Below, piece after piece: positions 19,550 to 28,225 of a DNA stretch of 47,026 nucleotides; position 1 is the stretch's first letter, and each line of letters starts with the position of its first letter. This DNA is from an uncultured Acidobacteriota bacterium (lineage in GTDB: Bacteria; Acidobacteriota; Terriglobia; JAIQFV01), in assembly GCA_964537865.1 (NCBI GenBank), contig CAZIDA010000001.1, positions 1 through 47,026 on the forward strand. Direction: 5' to 3'. The notes beneath the pieces are model-generated. The model worked only from the letters and a program-made list of their open reading frames with translations. It was not told the DNA's origin and searched no databases. Both the position numbers and the translations under genes were made by a program.

Positions 19550-20245
19550 CTAGAAGCCCAGCCGCCGCAACTTTTGCACGCTCCAGCGGGGCGCTCTTTT
19601 CGCCGGTGAACTCTCTCGCGGCAGCACGATCTTTTCGAGCATTTGCTGAACGTACTTCGCCACCACGTCGAATTCCAGGTTCACTTCCTGCCCTCGCGTC
19701 AGGCTTTTGAAATTGGTGACCTCAAACGTGTGCGGGATGATGGCGATGACGATGCGAAATCCGTCCCGCCGCCGCCCGGCGACGTCTTCATTCAGCTCCG
19801 CGATCGTGAGGCTGATGCCGTCGATGGCGATGGACCCTTTGAACACGGCGAGCGGCAGGAACTGCCGGGGCACTTGAAATTCGAACATCCAAGAATCTTG
19901 GAGCGGCGTGGCGCCCAGGTATTTTCCCACCGCATCGACATGTCCTTGTACGATATGACCTCCGAAGCGGTCGTTCGCGCCCATCGGCCGCTCCAAATTC
20001 ACCGAGGTTCCGGGTTTCATTTTGGAGAAGGTGGTGCGCTGAACCGTCTCCGTCGACAATTCCGTGAAGAACGATTTCTTGCCGAAGCGAACGACCGTGA
20101 GACACACGCCGTTCACGGCGATAGAGGAGCCGATCTTCAGATCGGCCAGCGTCTTGTCGGCGCGCACCTCCACCACTTTGCCGCGCGTGCCGAGCGGTTT
20201 GATGCTCGCGATGCGTCCGCACTCTTCGATGATTCCGGTAAACAT
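19550..20245 (-). CDS. ribE: riboflavin synthase alpha chain
   Basis: The canonical N-terminus MFTGIIEECG and the internal duplication (SIAVNGVCLTV / SIAIDGISLTI). Confidence 0.9.
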   Translation of the reverse strand: MFTGIIEECGRIASIKPLGTRGKVVEVRADKTLADLKIGSSIAVNGVCLTVVRFGKKSFFTELSTETVQRTTFSKMKPGTSVNLERPMGANDRFGGHIVQGHVDAVGKYLGATPLQDSWMFEFQVPRQFLPLAVFKGSIAIDGISLTIAELNEDVAGRRRDGFRIVIAIIPHTFEVTNFKSLTRGQEVNLEFDVVAKYVQQMLEKIVLPRESSPAKRAPRWSVQKLRRLGF

Positions 20246-20258
20246 GAGTCCGTTCCTC

Positions 20259-21383
20259 TTAGGGATGAAATTTCTTGGCGTATCCGGTGAGCAAAACGTC
20301 CTCGCCGATTTGTTCGACCGTTAAATCCGACAAAGAGGCCGCTTGCTTCAGGGTTGAAAATCCTCGCCCGCCCACGACTGGGACGTGTTCCGATCCGCCC
20401 AAAATGCGGGGCGCAATGAAGAAATAAAATTTGTCGACCACGCCGCATCGGATGGCGCTCCAGTTGGTGCTTCCGCCGCCTTCGATCAAGAGGCTCTGAA
20501 TCTCTCGTCGCGCGAGAAGCCGGAGAATTCGCCGCCAACTTTTCACGTGATCGTGGCTCAGACACTCTTCCACCCACGCGCCTCTCCTCTCGATGGAGCG
20601 GCGTTTGGATGGCGAATGATCTTTGGCGCAGAGCAGGAGCACATCGTCGCTCACCGTCGAGAGCAACTTCGCGCGCAGGGGAGTTCGCAGATGCGGATCC
20701 AAGACGATGCGCAGCATCGGCCGTCGCCGCGGCAGTTCGGAGCGATCCGTCAGTTGCGGATCGTCCATCAAAACCGTGTTGACGCCGACCAGCAGCGCGT
20801 CGCTCGCATGTCGAATCCGGTGAACGCGCTCGCGAGAGGGCAGAGAAGTGATCCACGTCGTCGAACCGCGCTTCTGTCGCGCCACCGCGATTTTTCCGTC
20901 CAGCGTCATGGCCGCTTTCAAAATCACAAACGGCGTTTGGGTGGCAATGAATTTGACGAACGCTTCGTTCAGCGTCGCCGCTTCGCTGGAGAGCCCGCCG
21001 ACTTGCACTTCGATTCCGGCGGACTTCAATCGGCGGAATCCTTTTCCGGCGACGCGCGGGTTGGGATCGCGCATGGAGCAAACCACGTGCCGGATGCCGC
21101 TGCGAATGACAAAGTCGGCGCACGGAGGCGTCCGGCCAAAATGTGAACACGGCTCCAGATTCAGATAAAGCGTAGCGCCTTTCGCGGCTTGGCCGGCTTT
21201 CTCGATGGCGACGACTTCGGCGTGCTTTTTGAGATCGTACTGATAGAATCCCTCGCCCACCACGCGGCCGTCTTTCGCCACCACGGCGCCGACCAAAGCG
21301 CCCGGCGATACAAGCCCTTCGCCGCGCTGGGCCAGCGTCAGCGCTCTCGAAAGAAATTCTGCGTCGCGAGATTCAAGAGTCAT
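20259..21383 (-). CDS. ribD: bifunctional riboflavin-biosynthesis deaminase/reductase
   Basis: Cytidine-deaminase-type zinc motifs HAEVVAI and PCSHFGRTPPC, then the reductase domain (KAAMTLDGKIA, LIEGGGSTN). Confidence 0.9.
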   Translation of the reverse strand: MTLESRDAEFLSRALTLAQRGEGLVSPGALVGAVVAKDGRVVGEGFYQYDLKKHAEVVAIEKAGQAAKGATLYLNLEPCSHFGRTPPCADFVIRSGIRHVVCSMRDPNPRVAGKGFRRLKSAGIEVQVGGLSSEAATLNEAFVKFIATQTPFVILKAAMTLDGKIAVARQKRGSTTWITSLPSRERVHRIRHASDALLVGVNTVLMDDPQLTDRSELPRRRPMLRIVLDPHLRTPLRAKLLSTVSDDVLLLCAKDHSPSKRRSIERRGAWVEECLSHDHVKSWRRILRLLARREIQSLLIEGGGSTNWSAIRCGVVDKFYFFIAPRILGGSEHVPVVGGRGFSTLKQAASLSDLTVEQIGEDVLLTGYAKKFHP

Positions 21384-21433
21384 GAGGATGTTCGGGCAAA
21401 GCCGCCTCCTAGCGTTTGCTCAAGCGCGCCCAT

Positions 21434-22384
21434 TCACTCGAAGAGAGAATCAACAAACTCTTCCGCATCGAAGGGAATCAAGTCGTCGATCTTCTCGCCG
21501 ACTCCGACGTATTGAATGGGAATGCCCAGTTCTTTGGCGATGGCCACGACGACGCCGCCCTTGGCAGTGCCGTCGAGTTTGGTGAGCACGATCCCGGTGA
21601 CCGAAGCCGCCTTGGTAAATTCGCGCGCCTGCTGCACGCCGTTTTGTCCGGTGACGGCGTCAATCACCAGCAGCACTTCGTGCGGTGCGCCGGGCACTTC
21701 ACGCGACGCCACGCGCTTCATCTTTTCGAGCTCCGTCATCAGATTATGCTTGGTGTGAAGACGGCCCGCCGTATCGACAATGAGCACGTCCGCCTTTCCG
21801 CTCTTGGAAGATCGCAGCGAATCGAAGAGCACCGAGGCCGGATCGGCCCCCGGCTTGGTGCGAATGATTTCGACGCCCGCGCGCGTTCCCCAAATTTCCA
21901 ATTGCTCGATGGCGGCGGCGCGAAACGTGTCGGCCGCGCAGACCTTCACGGAGAGTCCTTCGTTTTTGAATTGATTTGCCAACTTGCCGATGGTGGTGGT
22001 TTTGCCGACGCCGTTCACGCCCACCACCAAAATGACGTGCGGCTTTTGGCTCATCTCCACCGGCCGCGCGCTCTCGCGACGCACAATTCCCAACAGCTCG
22101 CTGCGAATCAGGGCCTTGACTTGCGCGGCCTCTTTCAATTCCTGACAGCTCGCTTGGTCGCGGATTTTTTCGATGATGTGAGTGGTGGTGGCGGGTCCGA
22201 TGTCGGCGCCAATCAGCGCCATCTCCAGCTCTTCCAGCGTGCTTTGGTCGATCGCTTTCTTGAGCGTAAAGATTTCTTCGATGGGCGTGTTGAGAACGTC
22301 GCGCGTCTTGGTGACCGCCGCTCTCAGCTTGGAAAAGAAGCCTCCCGCCTTGGCGGAACTCGATTTGTCTTTGGTGAACAGCAA
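21434..22384 (-). CDS. ftsY: signal recognition particle receptor FtsY (short form)
   Basis: TTG start at 22384, 8 nt after AGGAG. SRP-GTPase motifs [32 protein letters not shown]. Confidence 0.9.
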   Translation of the reverse strand: MLFTKDKSSSAKAGGFFSKLRAAVTKTRDVLNTPIEEIFTLKKAIDQSTLEELEMALIGADIGPATTTHIIEKIRDQASCQELKEAAQVKALIRSELLGIVRRESARPVEMSQKPHVILVVGVNGVGKTTTIGKLANQFKNEGLSVKVCAADTFRAAAIEQLEIWGTRAGVEIIRTKPGADPASVLFDSLRSSKSGKADVLIVDTAGRLHTKHNLMTELEKMKRVASREVPGAPHEVLLVIDAVTGQNGVQQAREFTKAASVTGIVLTKLDGTAKGGVVVAIAKELGIPIQYVGVGEKIDDLIPFDAEEFVDSLFE

Positions 22385-22456
22385 TCTTCTGACTCCTGAG
22401 TGGAAGCGACGGACGCGCCGCGTTCATGCGCTGAAAATTTCAGCCGGTCCCATCTC

Positions 22457-23573
22457 TTATGCCGCCGACGCGCGGCCCGAGCCGTTTCGTTTTGCCAACA
22501 GGTACGCCTTGATGAAGCGGTCCAGGTCGCCGTCCAGCACCCGATCCGTGTCTCCCATTTCAAACTTGGTGCGATGATCTTTCACCAAACGATAGGGGTG
22601 AAGCACGTAGCTTCGAATCTGCGATCCAAACCCGATGTCCAGCTTCGCGTCTTCCAATTTCTGGTTCTCTTCGCGCCGTTTCTCCAATTCCAGTTCGTAC
22701 AGTTTGGAACGCAGAATTTTGAACGCTACGTCGCGGTTCTTGTGCTGCGACCGCTCGTTCTGACAAGTCACCACAATCCCACTGGGAAGATGCGTGATGC
22801 GCACGGCGGAGTCGGTGGTGTTGACGTGCTGCCCGCCGGCCCCGGTGGAGCGAAACGTGTCGATGCGGAGGTCCTTCTCCTCGACCTTGATTTCAATGGT
22901 GTCGTCAATCTCCGGGGATACAAACACGGATGCGAACGACGTGTGGCGGCGCTTGTTGGCGTCGAACGGCGAGATGCGCACCAAACGGTGGACGCCGATC
23001 TCTGAGGTCAGCAGGCCGTAGGCGTTCTGACCCAGCACGGAGAAGGTGGCGCTCTTGATGCCGGCCTCTTCACCTTCTTGCCGATCGAGCATTTCCGTGC
23101 GGAACCCGCGACGCTCCGACCAGCGTAGATACATGCGGAGCAGCATTTGCGCCCAGTCCTGCGACTCCGTGCCGCCCGCGCCCGGATGAATGGTGACGAT
23201 GGCGTTCAAGGAATCGTTCTCGCCGTTGAGCAGCGTTTCCGTTTCAATGACGGCCAACTCGTTTTCCAGCTTGGTCAATTCGGATGCGATTTCCGATTCC
23301 ACCGGCTCGCCTTCGCGCGCCAGTTCGAAATAGGCGGAAAGGTCGTCGGTGGCGCCGCGCAGCCGCGCATCCAAGGTGATTTGATTCTCCAGCCATTTGC
23401 GTTGCTGCAGGACTTTTTGGGAATTCTTCGGATCGTTCCAAAAATCAGGTTGGCTGACTATGCGTTCGAGAGATTCGATCTCTTGTTGCCGGGCGGGGGC
23501 GTCAAAGAAAACTCCGGATATCGTGGATGCGAGCTTTCAGCTTTTCAAAGTTGTGCGACAACTCTTCAATCAT
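22457..23573 (-). CDS. prfB: peptide chain release factor 2, requires a programmed +1 frameshift
   Basis: Frame 0 runs from ATG 23573 for 23 codons (MIEELSHNFEKLKARIHDIRSFL) into CTT TGA C (23507..23501). The +1 frame continues DAPARQQEIE..PDFWNDP.. into track ORF 22457..23374. SPF motif (RISPFD) and GGQ motif (GAGGQHVNTTDSAV). Confidence 0.92.
23501..23516 (-). promoter_or_regulatory. RF2 autoregulatory +1 frameshift site
   Basis: On the minus strand the sequence is CGGAGTTTTCTTTGAC: an SD-like GGAG lies 3 nt before the slippery CTT, followed by the in-frame TGA and then C. The layout matches the E. coli prfB site. Confidence 0.85.
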
Positions 23574-23685
23574 CGTTCAAACACCTTCTCTCCGATGCGT
23601 CGAACCTTCGAGCACGTATTTTACGGGAAGACGAAAGAACGTGTCAAACCGGGGACTGCCCGAGAATAGAGGGCTTGGACGCTGG

Positions 23686-23771
23686 GGTAGCCGGGATTCG
23701 CCCGGTCTTTGGCGAATCCCGGACGTCCGGGAGGCTCTCCGCCTGCGGCGAAAGCATCCCAGCCACCACAT
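23686..23771 (-). repeat. structured intergenic repeat, family B, copy 1
   Basis: GGTAGCCGGGATTCGCCCGGTCTTTGGCGAATCCCGGACGTCCGGGAGGCTCTCCGCCTGCGGCGAAAGCATCCCAGCCACCACAT has nested inverted repeats (CCGGGATTCGCC/GGCGAATCCCGG and an outer GGTAGCCGGGAT/ATCCCAGCCACC). The second copy is at 34000..34102. Confidence 0.8.
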
Positions 23772-23857
23772 TATTAATTTATGCCCTAGAGTGCGACCAA
23801 GGCTCCGAGCCAGTTCTGAAACATGCAAACGCTTCGCCTGTCACACCGGTGTCAACT

Positions 23858-24556
23858 CTACTTGGGCTCTTTTTTCGCGGCTCCGGGCTTGGACGAAGTT
23901 GCTTTGGGATGAGCCGGGGCAACGCCCCCCGCGGGCTTCAGATAAACGCGCCGCATCACCACGTTTTCCAAAGGCCGGTCGCCGGAGTCGCGCTTCAATT
24001 CCGAAATCCTTTCGGCCACCTGCAGCGACGCGGCGTCGGTCAACTTGCCGAAGATCGTGTATTGACCATCCAGCCAACTCGGCGTGCCAACGCAAATGTA
24101 GAATTGCGTGGAAGCGCTGTTGGGATCGGTCTTTCGCGCAGCCGCGACAATTCCCGGCGCGTGATGCAGCTCCGGATGAAATTCCGCGGGAACGGTCTCT
24201 TCATTAGGTTCGCCCATCCCCCATTTCGACTTGTCCGGATACTTGCTCATGATGTCTCCGCCCTGGATCATGAAGTTCGGAATGACGCGATGGAACTTGG
24301 TGCCGTTATAAAATCCTTGGCTCACCAGTTTTTTGAAGTGCGCCACCATCTTCGGAGCGGCGATGGGGAAGAGTTCCATCGTCATCGTTCCAAAGTTGGT
24401 TTGAATGACCACCAAATCCTTGTCCGCCGTTTCGAGCCGCTGAACCACCGCGGGATTGGGCGCGTGGGCGTTGGCAATGGTTGGCGCTTGCGCGCACAAA
24501 ATCCCCGGTAAAAGAACACTGAGAAAGACAAAAACGTAACGTAATCTGTTCATCAT
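23858..24556 (-). CDS. secreted cyclophilin-type peptidyl-prolyl cis-trans isomerase
   Basis: ATGATG at 24556 follows AAGGAGAGG. It has a signal peptide. Cyclophilin motifs are FYNGTKFHRVIPNFMIQGGD and STQFYICVG. The C-terminal tail is Lys/Pro/Ala-rich. Confidence 0.85.
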   Translation of the reverse strand: MMNRLRYVFVFLSVLLPGILCAQAPTIANAHAPNPAVVQRLETADKDLVVIQTNFGTMTMELFPIAAPKMVAHFKKLVSQGFYNGTKFHRVIPNFMIQGGDIMSKYPDKSKWGMGEPNEETVPAEFHPELHHAPGIVAAARKTDPNSASTQFYICVGTPSWLDGQYTIFGKLTDAASLQVAERISELKRDSGDRPLENVVMRRVYLKPAGGVAPAHPKATSSKPGAAKKEPK

Positions 24557-24923
24557 CGACAACCTCTCCTTTGTTGCGGGATCGTTGAAACCGACTTCTG
24601 AAATCTTCGGATCGTCCAGCCGCTTCAATTTTCGGCGCTCCTGAGGTGGGAAGAGAGACTGAGACCGCGCCGTTTCGGACTTGCGCTCGCTGCGACTTTC
24701 GGGCCTCAGCGCGCGACCCGTTGATCAGAAGCCGATATTGTGCCGTTGACCGGCGGAATAATCAAGTCTATCGCCGACAAAACGCTGAGAGGTTTCGGAG
24801 CGCGTCCGCTCAGGCGGACTCGGCATTGCTACCCAGCTTATCCCGGTTGGATTCAAGCAAGGGGTGAGACTGTGCTATAGTGTCGCTTTTCGTGACCTTA
24901 AGAAATCAAGGCGGGGAGGACCT

Positions 24924-25415
24924 GTGGTATTTGAAAAGATCAAAGGAATGCTCGCAATAAACCAATCGGGCACGGCGGACTGGAACGCTCGCCCCGATGC
25001 CTCGCGCATCGCGGTGTGCGTGATCTTGCTTGAGATCGCCGAAGCGGACAACATCCTGACGCCGGCGGGCCGTGAGCAAATCATGAAGTTCTTTGAAGAG
25101 CACGCGCGACTGTCGGAACAATCGACGGAAGACTTGCTGAAGCTCGCCGAAGAAGTCCGCCATCAATCCATCGAACTGTTTCAATTCACGCGCTTGATCT
25201 CCGAGAATTTTCCGTTGGAGGAAAAGCTGAGGTTGGTGGAGACCATGTGGCGCATCATCTATCTGGATGGGCAACTGGACGCAGAAGAAGACTACTTGAT
25301 CCACAAACTTTCGACCTTGTTGGGGCTGCGTCACAGCGAATTGATCGAAGTCAAGTTGCGCGTTCTTCAGAGCGCGAACAGGCCCGAATCGCCGGGCAAT
25401 TCCAGCGACAGCTAG
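24924..25415 (+). CDS. TerB-like (tellurite-resistance TerB / DjlA N-terminal fold) protein
   Basis: GTG 24924 follows GGGGAGG. The helical pattern IAVCVILLEIAEADNILTPAGREQI ... RLVETMWRIIYLDGQLDAEEDYLIHKLSTLLGL is typical of the TerB family. Confidence 0.55.
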   Translation: MVFEKIKGMLAINQSGTADWNARPDASRIAVCVILLEIAEADNILTPAGREQIMKFFEEHARLSEQSTEDLLKLAEEVRHQSIELFQFTRLISENFPLEEKLRLVETMWRIIYLDGQLDAEEDYLIHKLSTLLGLRHSELIEVKLRVLQSANRPESPGNSSDS

Positions 25416-25539
25416 CCCGACAGCGGTTGCCTCTATGGGCGAGTAGCGGCAACACCGGCATCACTATTCTTGGTTGCAAAGCAAAAGCTGTGTTAGTATG
25501 AGCTCATCTTAACCTAGCAGGAAGCGAGGACCTTTCAGA

Positions 25540-25746
25540 ATGGATACCAAAAGGTTACTAATGGTCGCAAGACGTATTGAGAGCTTGGAAAGTGAAATTA
25601 CAAAGCTGAAAGCGGAAGCCCGCGCCATTGTTGCGGGACAAGGTGGAGGCGTGGGGCGCGTGAAGCGAACCATGTCAGCCGCCGCCAAACGAAAGATCAG
25701 CGAAGCCATGCGACGACGGTGGGCCGCGATTAAGAAGAAGGCCTAA
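25540..25746 (+). CDS. small basic coiled-coil protein, function unknown
   Basis: 68-aa ORF with a coiled-coil N-terminal half and a basic C-terminal half (KRTMSAAAKRKISEAMRRRWAAIKKKA). A strong terminator follows it. Confidence 0.5.
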   Translation: MDTKRLLMVARRIESLESEITKLKAEARAIVAGQGGGVGRVKRTMSAAAKRKISEAMRRRWAAIKKKA

Positions 25747-25792
25747 AGCGAGTCCAAACCAACATTCCTTAACCCCCCAATAGGAGTTTTGA

Positions 25793-25826
25793 CAGGGAAA
25801 CCTTTTTTCGGTTTCCCTGTTTGTGC
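25793..25826 (+). terminator. rho-independent terminator
   Basis: 10-bp stem CAGGGAAACC / GGTTTCCCTG with a 7-nt loop, then TTTGTGCTT. Confidence 0.7.
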
Positions 25827-25844
25827 TTGAGTCTGATCCGAGCA

Positions 25845-26224
25845 TGGTGGAGGCGGCGGGAGTCGAACCCGCGTCCGAAAATGATCGACTTCGAAAGACT
25901 ACATGCTTAGCCCGTTCAGCTCTTCCACTCCGGCCTGCGCCGAAGCAGAAAATCTCGCCCGCCTTCTATTGAACGCGCAAGAGCGAAGGCCGGCCAGCCT
26001 TGAGTTTTCGTTTCCGGGTTCAGGCGGCCCCGGAACTTATCCCGCAAAGTCGACGCCCCATTCCCGCGCGCGGGCTCGCGGGGTGGAACGCGCTACTTAA
26101 AATTAAGCAGCGAGGGCCAATTCAGTGTTGGCAGTTGTTGGTTTGCCACGTGTTTTACGAGGTGCGTGACGACCTCGGCATGCCTTTCGAGCTTCACGAT
26201 TCCCGTCGAAACCGTATCGCCCCC
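25845..26224 (-). ncRNA. ssrA: tmRNA (SsrA)
   Basis: On the minus strand the 5' end is GGGGGCGATACGGTTTCGACGGGAATCGTGAAGC.. and the 3' end is ..GGACGCGGGTTCGACTCCCGCCGCCTCCACCA. The acceptor has a G3:U pair. The internal tag frame GCC AAC ACT GAA TTG GCC CTC GCT GCT TAA (26132..26103) encodes ANTELALAA. Confidence 0.9.
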
Positions 26225-26329
26225 AAACTCTCAAAGATCAAATCGATTCTGACAAGAGACTAGCATGGGGGAAGAAGGGAGTCAAGAGATTGAGCCGCTG
26301 CCCATCGCCGCATCGCTATCTGCCTTTTT

Positions 26330-27532
26330 TCAGAAATGAACCCACAGTTGCGCGAAGAACAGATTGGCGAGTTGTTGAAACTCGCCCTGGTTTGAAGAAG
26401 CAAAAAGCTGGCCGCCGACGGAGAGGTCGGTGTTGGAGGTGAGGTTGTATTTGGCGATCGGCATGAAGAAGACGCTGGGGCCTTGGACGTCCACCACAGT
26501 GTAAGCCTCCAGCCGGAACAAGGGCGTGATGTCGCGGCCCACGCCGCCCGAAAGAAAATGCCGGTGCAGTGTGTAGATCTCATTTGTGAAGTGAAGCAGC
26601 GTCGACGGATTGAATGGAGAACCGGTCTCGATTCCCGGCGGTTGTCCTTGGTTGTAGAAATACTCGCCGACGACGTACAAACCATTCGAAAAAGCATAGT
26701 CTGAGCCGAGGGTGAATCTCAAGGCGTTCTGATCCGGTTTTCCGCGATGCCAGGTGTAAGTGAGTTCGCCGCGCAGTCCGGCCCCTCCGAGTTGACCCGC
26801 AAAATCCGCGCCGCCCATCCAGTTTTCGCCGAAGCGTCCCACGAAGACGGCGGTGTCGTAATTATGAATCGTCGCGGCGAGCCGCATAGCACTCGTAGAT
26901 TTGCGAAATCCGTCCTGCGGGGCGTACACTGCTGTCCATCGCACGCCCCGGGGCAGACTCAACTCCAACTGCGCGGCGTCGACCCCCAATCGCTCCTCGC
27001 TTTCAATCTGAAGCGGATTTAGAGGATTGAAAACATCGGCGGGGCTCCAAAAGCGCGCCGTGCCCCAAGCGATACGCTGACGCCCCACGGTTATCATCGC
27101 CGCTCCCTTCTTGACGGTGACGTAGGCGCGGTAAAGCGAAGTGTCCCAGTAAACATGCTGCTCGTTCAAGATGGTGTGATTCAAATCCAGATAGGTGAAA
27201 TCGAAGCGTCGGCTGGTCAGCGCAAAGTCTGGTTGAGAAATCAGATTGCCGAAATGAGCCTCGTTGTCGAAATCGACGTGAAATTCGAAGGCGTCGCCTT
27301 TCTTGGCGTCGAGGGTCAGGCGCAGGCGGTTCAGACTGTCGCCATAGGAATCCTGAGTGAACAAAGAATGCGACGCCGTGAAAAGACTTTTGTAATAGCC
27401 GCTGAAAAGATATTGCCAGGAAGAAGAGGGCACGGTCGGAGCAGGGGATTGAGCGCGCAGAGCGACATGAGATGCGGAAAAAAGCAGGATGAAACAAATG
27501 ATCGCCTGTATCCCGCGCGGTTGGGCGCTCAT
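26330..27532 (-). CDS. putative outer-membrane beta-barrel protein (last gene of the ABC cassette)
   Basis: Signal peptide (AIICFILLFSASHVALRAQ), alternating beta-strand-like pattern rich in aromatic residues and Gly, and C-terminal ..AQLWVHF with terminal Phe. The start overlaps the ABC ATPase stop by 4 nt. Confidence 0.6.
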   Translation of the reverse strand: MSAQPRGIQAIICFILLFSASHVALRAQSPAPTVPSSSWQYLFSGYYKSLFTASHSLFTQDSYGDSLNRLRLTLDAKKGDAFEFHVDFDNEAHFGNLISQPDFALTSRRFDFTYLDLNHTILNEQHVYWDTSLYRAYVTVKKGAAMITVGRQRIAWGTARFWSPADVFNPLNPLQIESEERLGVDAAQLELSLPRGVRWTAVYAPQDGFRKSTSAMRLAATIHNYDTAVFVGRFGENWMGGADFAGQLGGAGLRGELTYTWHRGKPDQNALRFTLGSDYAFSNGLYVVGEYFYNQGQPPGIETGSPFNPSTLLHFTNEIYTLHRHFLSGGVGRDITPLFRLEAYTVVDVQGPSVFFMPIAKYNLTSNTDLSVGGQLFASSNQGEFQQLANLFFAQLWVHF

Positions 27533-28215
27533 AGCGGTTGGACTTCGTCTTTCTCCACGCGGCCGTCCCGAAGCCGGATCATCCGCCGGGCGCGCTTCAT
27601 AACCAAGGTGTCGTGCGTGGAAAAGAGGAAGGAGATTCCTTCCTGCCGGTTCAGTTGCTCCATCATGTCCAACAGCAGGCCGGCGTTGGTGGAATCGAGG
27701 TTGGCCGTGGGCTCGTCGGCCAGCACTAAGCTGGGGCGCGTCAGAATCGCGCGAAGCACCGCCACGCGCTGTTGCTGCCCGCCGCTCAGTTCGTTGGGGC
27801 GTTTGTCTTTCAGCGACTGCAGGCCGACTGTGCGCAACAGATCGAGCGCGGTCCTCACGCGCTCTCTCTTCGCGATGCCTTGCAGGGTGGGAATGAATTC
27901 TAAATTCTCAAGGACCGAAAGAACCGGGAAGAGGTTGTAGGCTTGAAAGACAAAGCCGATGTGATGCAGGCGAAAATCCGCGAGTTGGTTAGCCGTCGTG
28001 CGGGTGACGTCCATGCCGGCGATACGAATGCTTCCGCTGTCGGGGCGGTCCAGCGCACCGATCATGTTCAGCAACGTCGTCTTGCCGGAGCCGGAGGGAC
28101 CGGCCAGGACGGCGAAATCGCCGGCCCGCAGGGAGATCGTCACGCCGTCGAGCGCGTGAACCTCCACGTGATTGCGATACGTCTTGGAGACATTTTCGAT
28201 TTCCACTAACGCCAT
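27529..28215 (-). CDS. ABC transporter ATP-binding protein (LolD/MacB-type)
   Basis: Start at ATG 28215 (MALVEIENVSKTY). Walker A GPSGSGKTT, signature LSGGQQQRVA, Walker B LVLADEPT. Confidence 0.9.
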   Translation of the reverse strand: MALVEIENVSKTYRNHVEVHALDGVTISLRAGDFAVLAGPSGSGKTTLLNMIGALDRPDSGSIRIAGMDVTRTTANQLADFRLHHIGFVFQAYNLFPVLSVLENLEFIPTLQGIAKRERVRTALDLLRTVGLQSLKDKRPNELSGGQQQRVAVLRAILTRPSLVLADEPTANLDSTNAGLLLDMMEQLNRQEGISFLFSTHDTLVMKRARRMIRLRDGRVEKDEVQPL

Positions 28216-28225
28216 GAAGACCTCG

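Noticed and set aside
21384-21433. Looked for an FMN riboswitch upstream of ribD
   Set aside because: Only 50 nt separate ftsY and ribD, which is too short, and no FMN-aptamer-like conserved segments are visible.
18331-24511. Several long plus-strand ORFs (18331..19467, 19643..20290, 20385..21146, 21416..22399, 22400..23005, 23147..24511)
   Set aside because: All are antisense or alternative frames of ribBA, ribE, ribD, ftsY, prfB and the cyclophilin gene, which have strong family motifs. None has motifs of its own.
25903-26263. ORFs 25903..26100 and 26000..26263
   Set aside because: They lie inside or antisense to the tmRNA gene.
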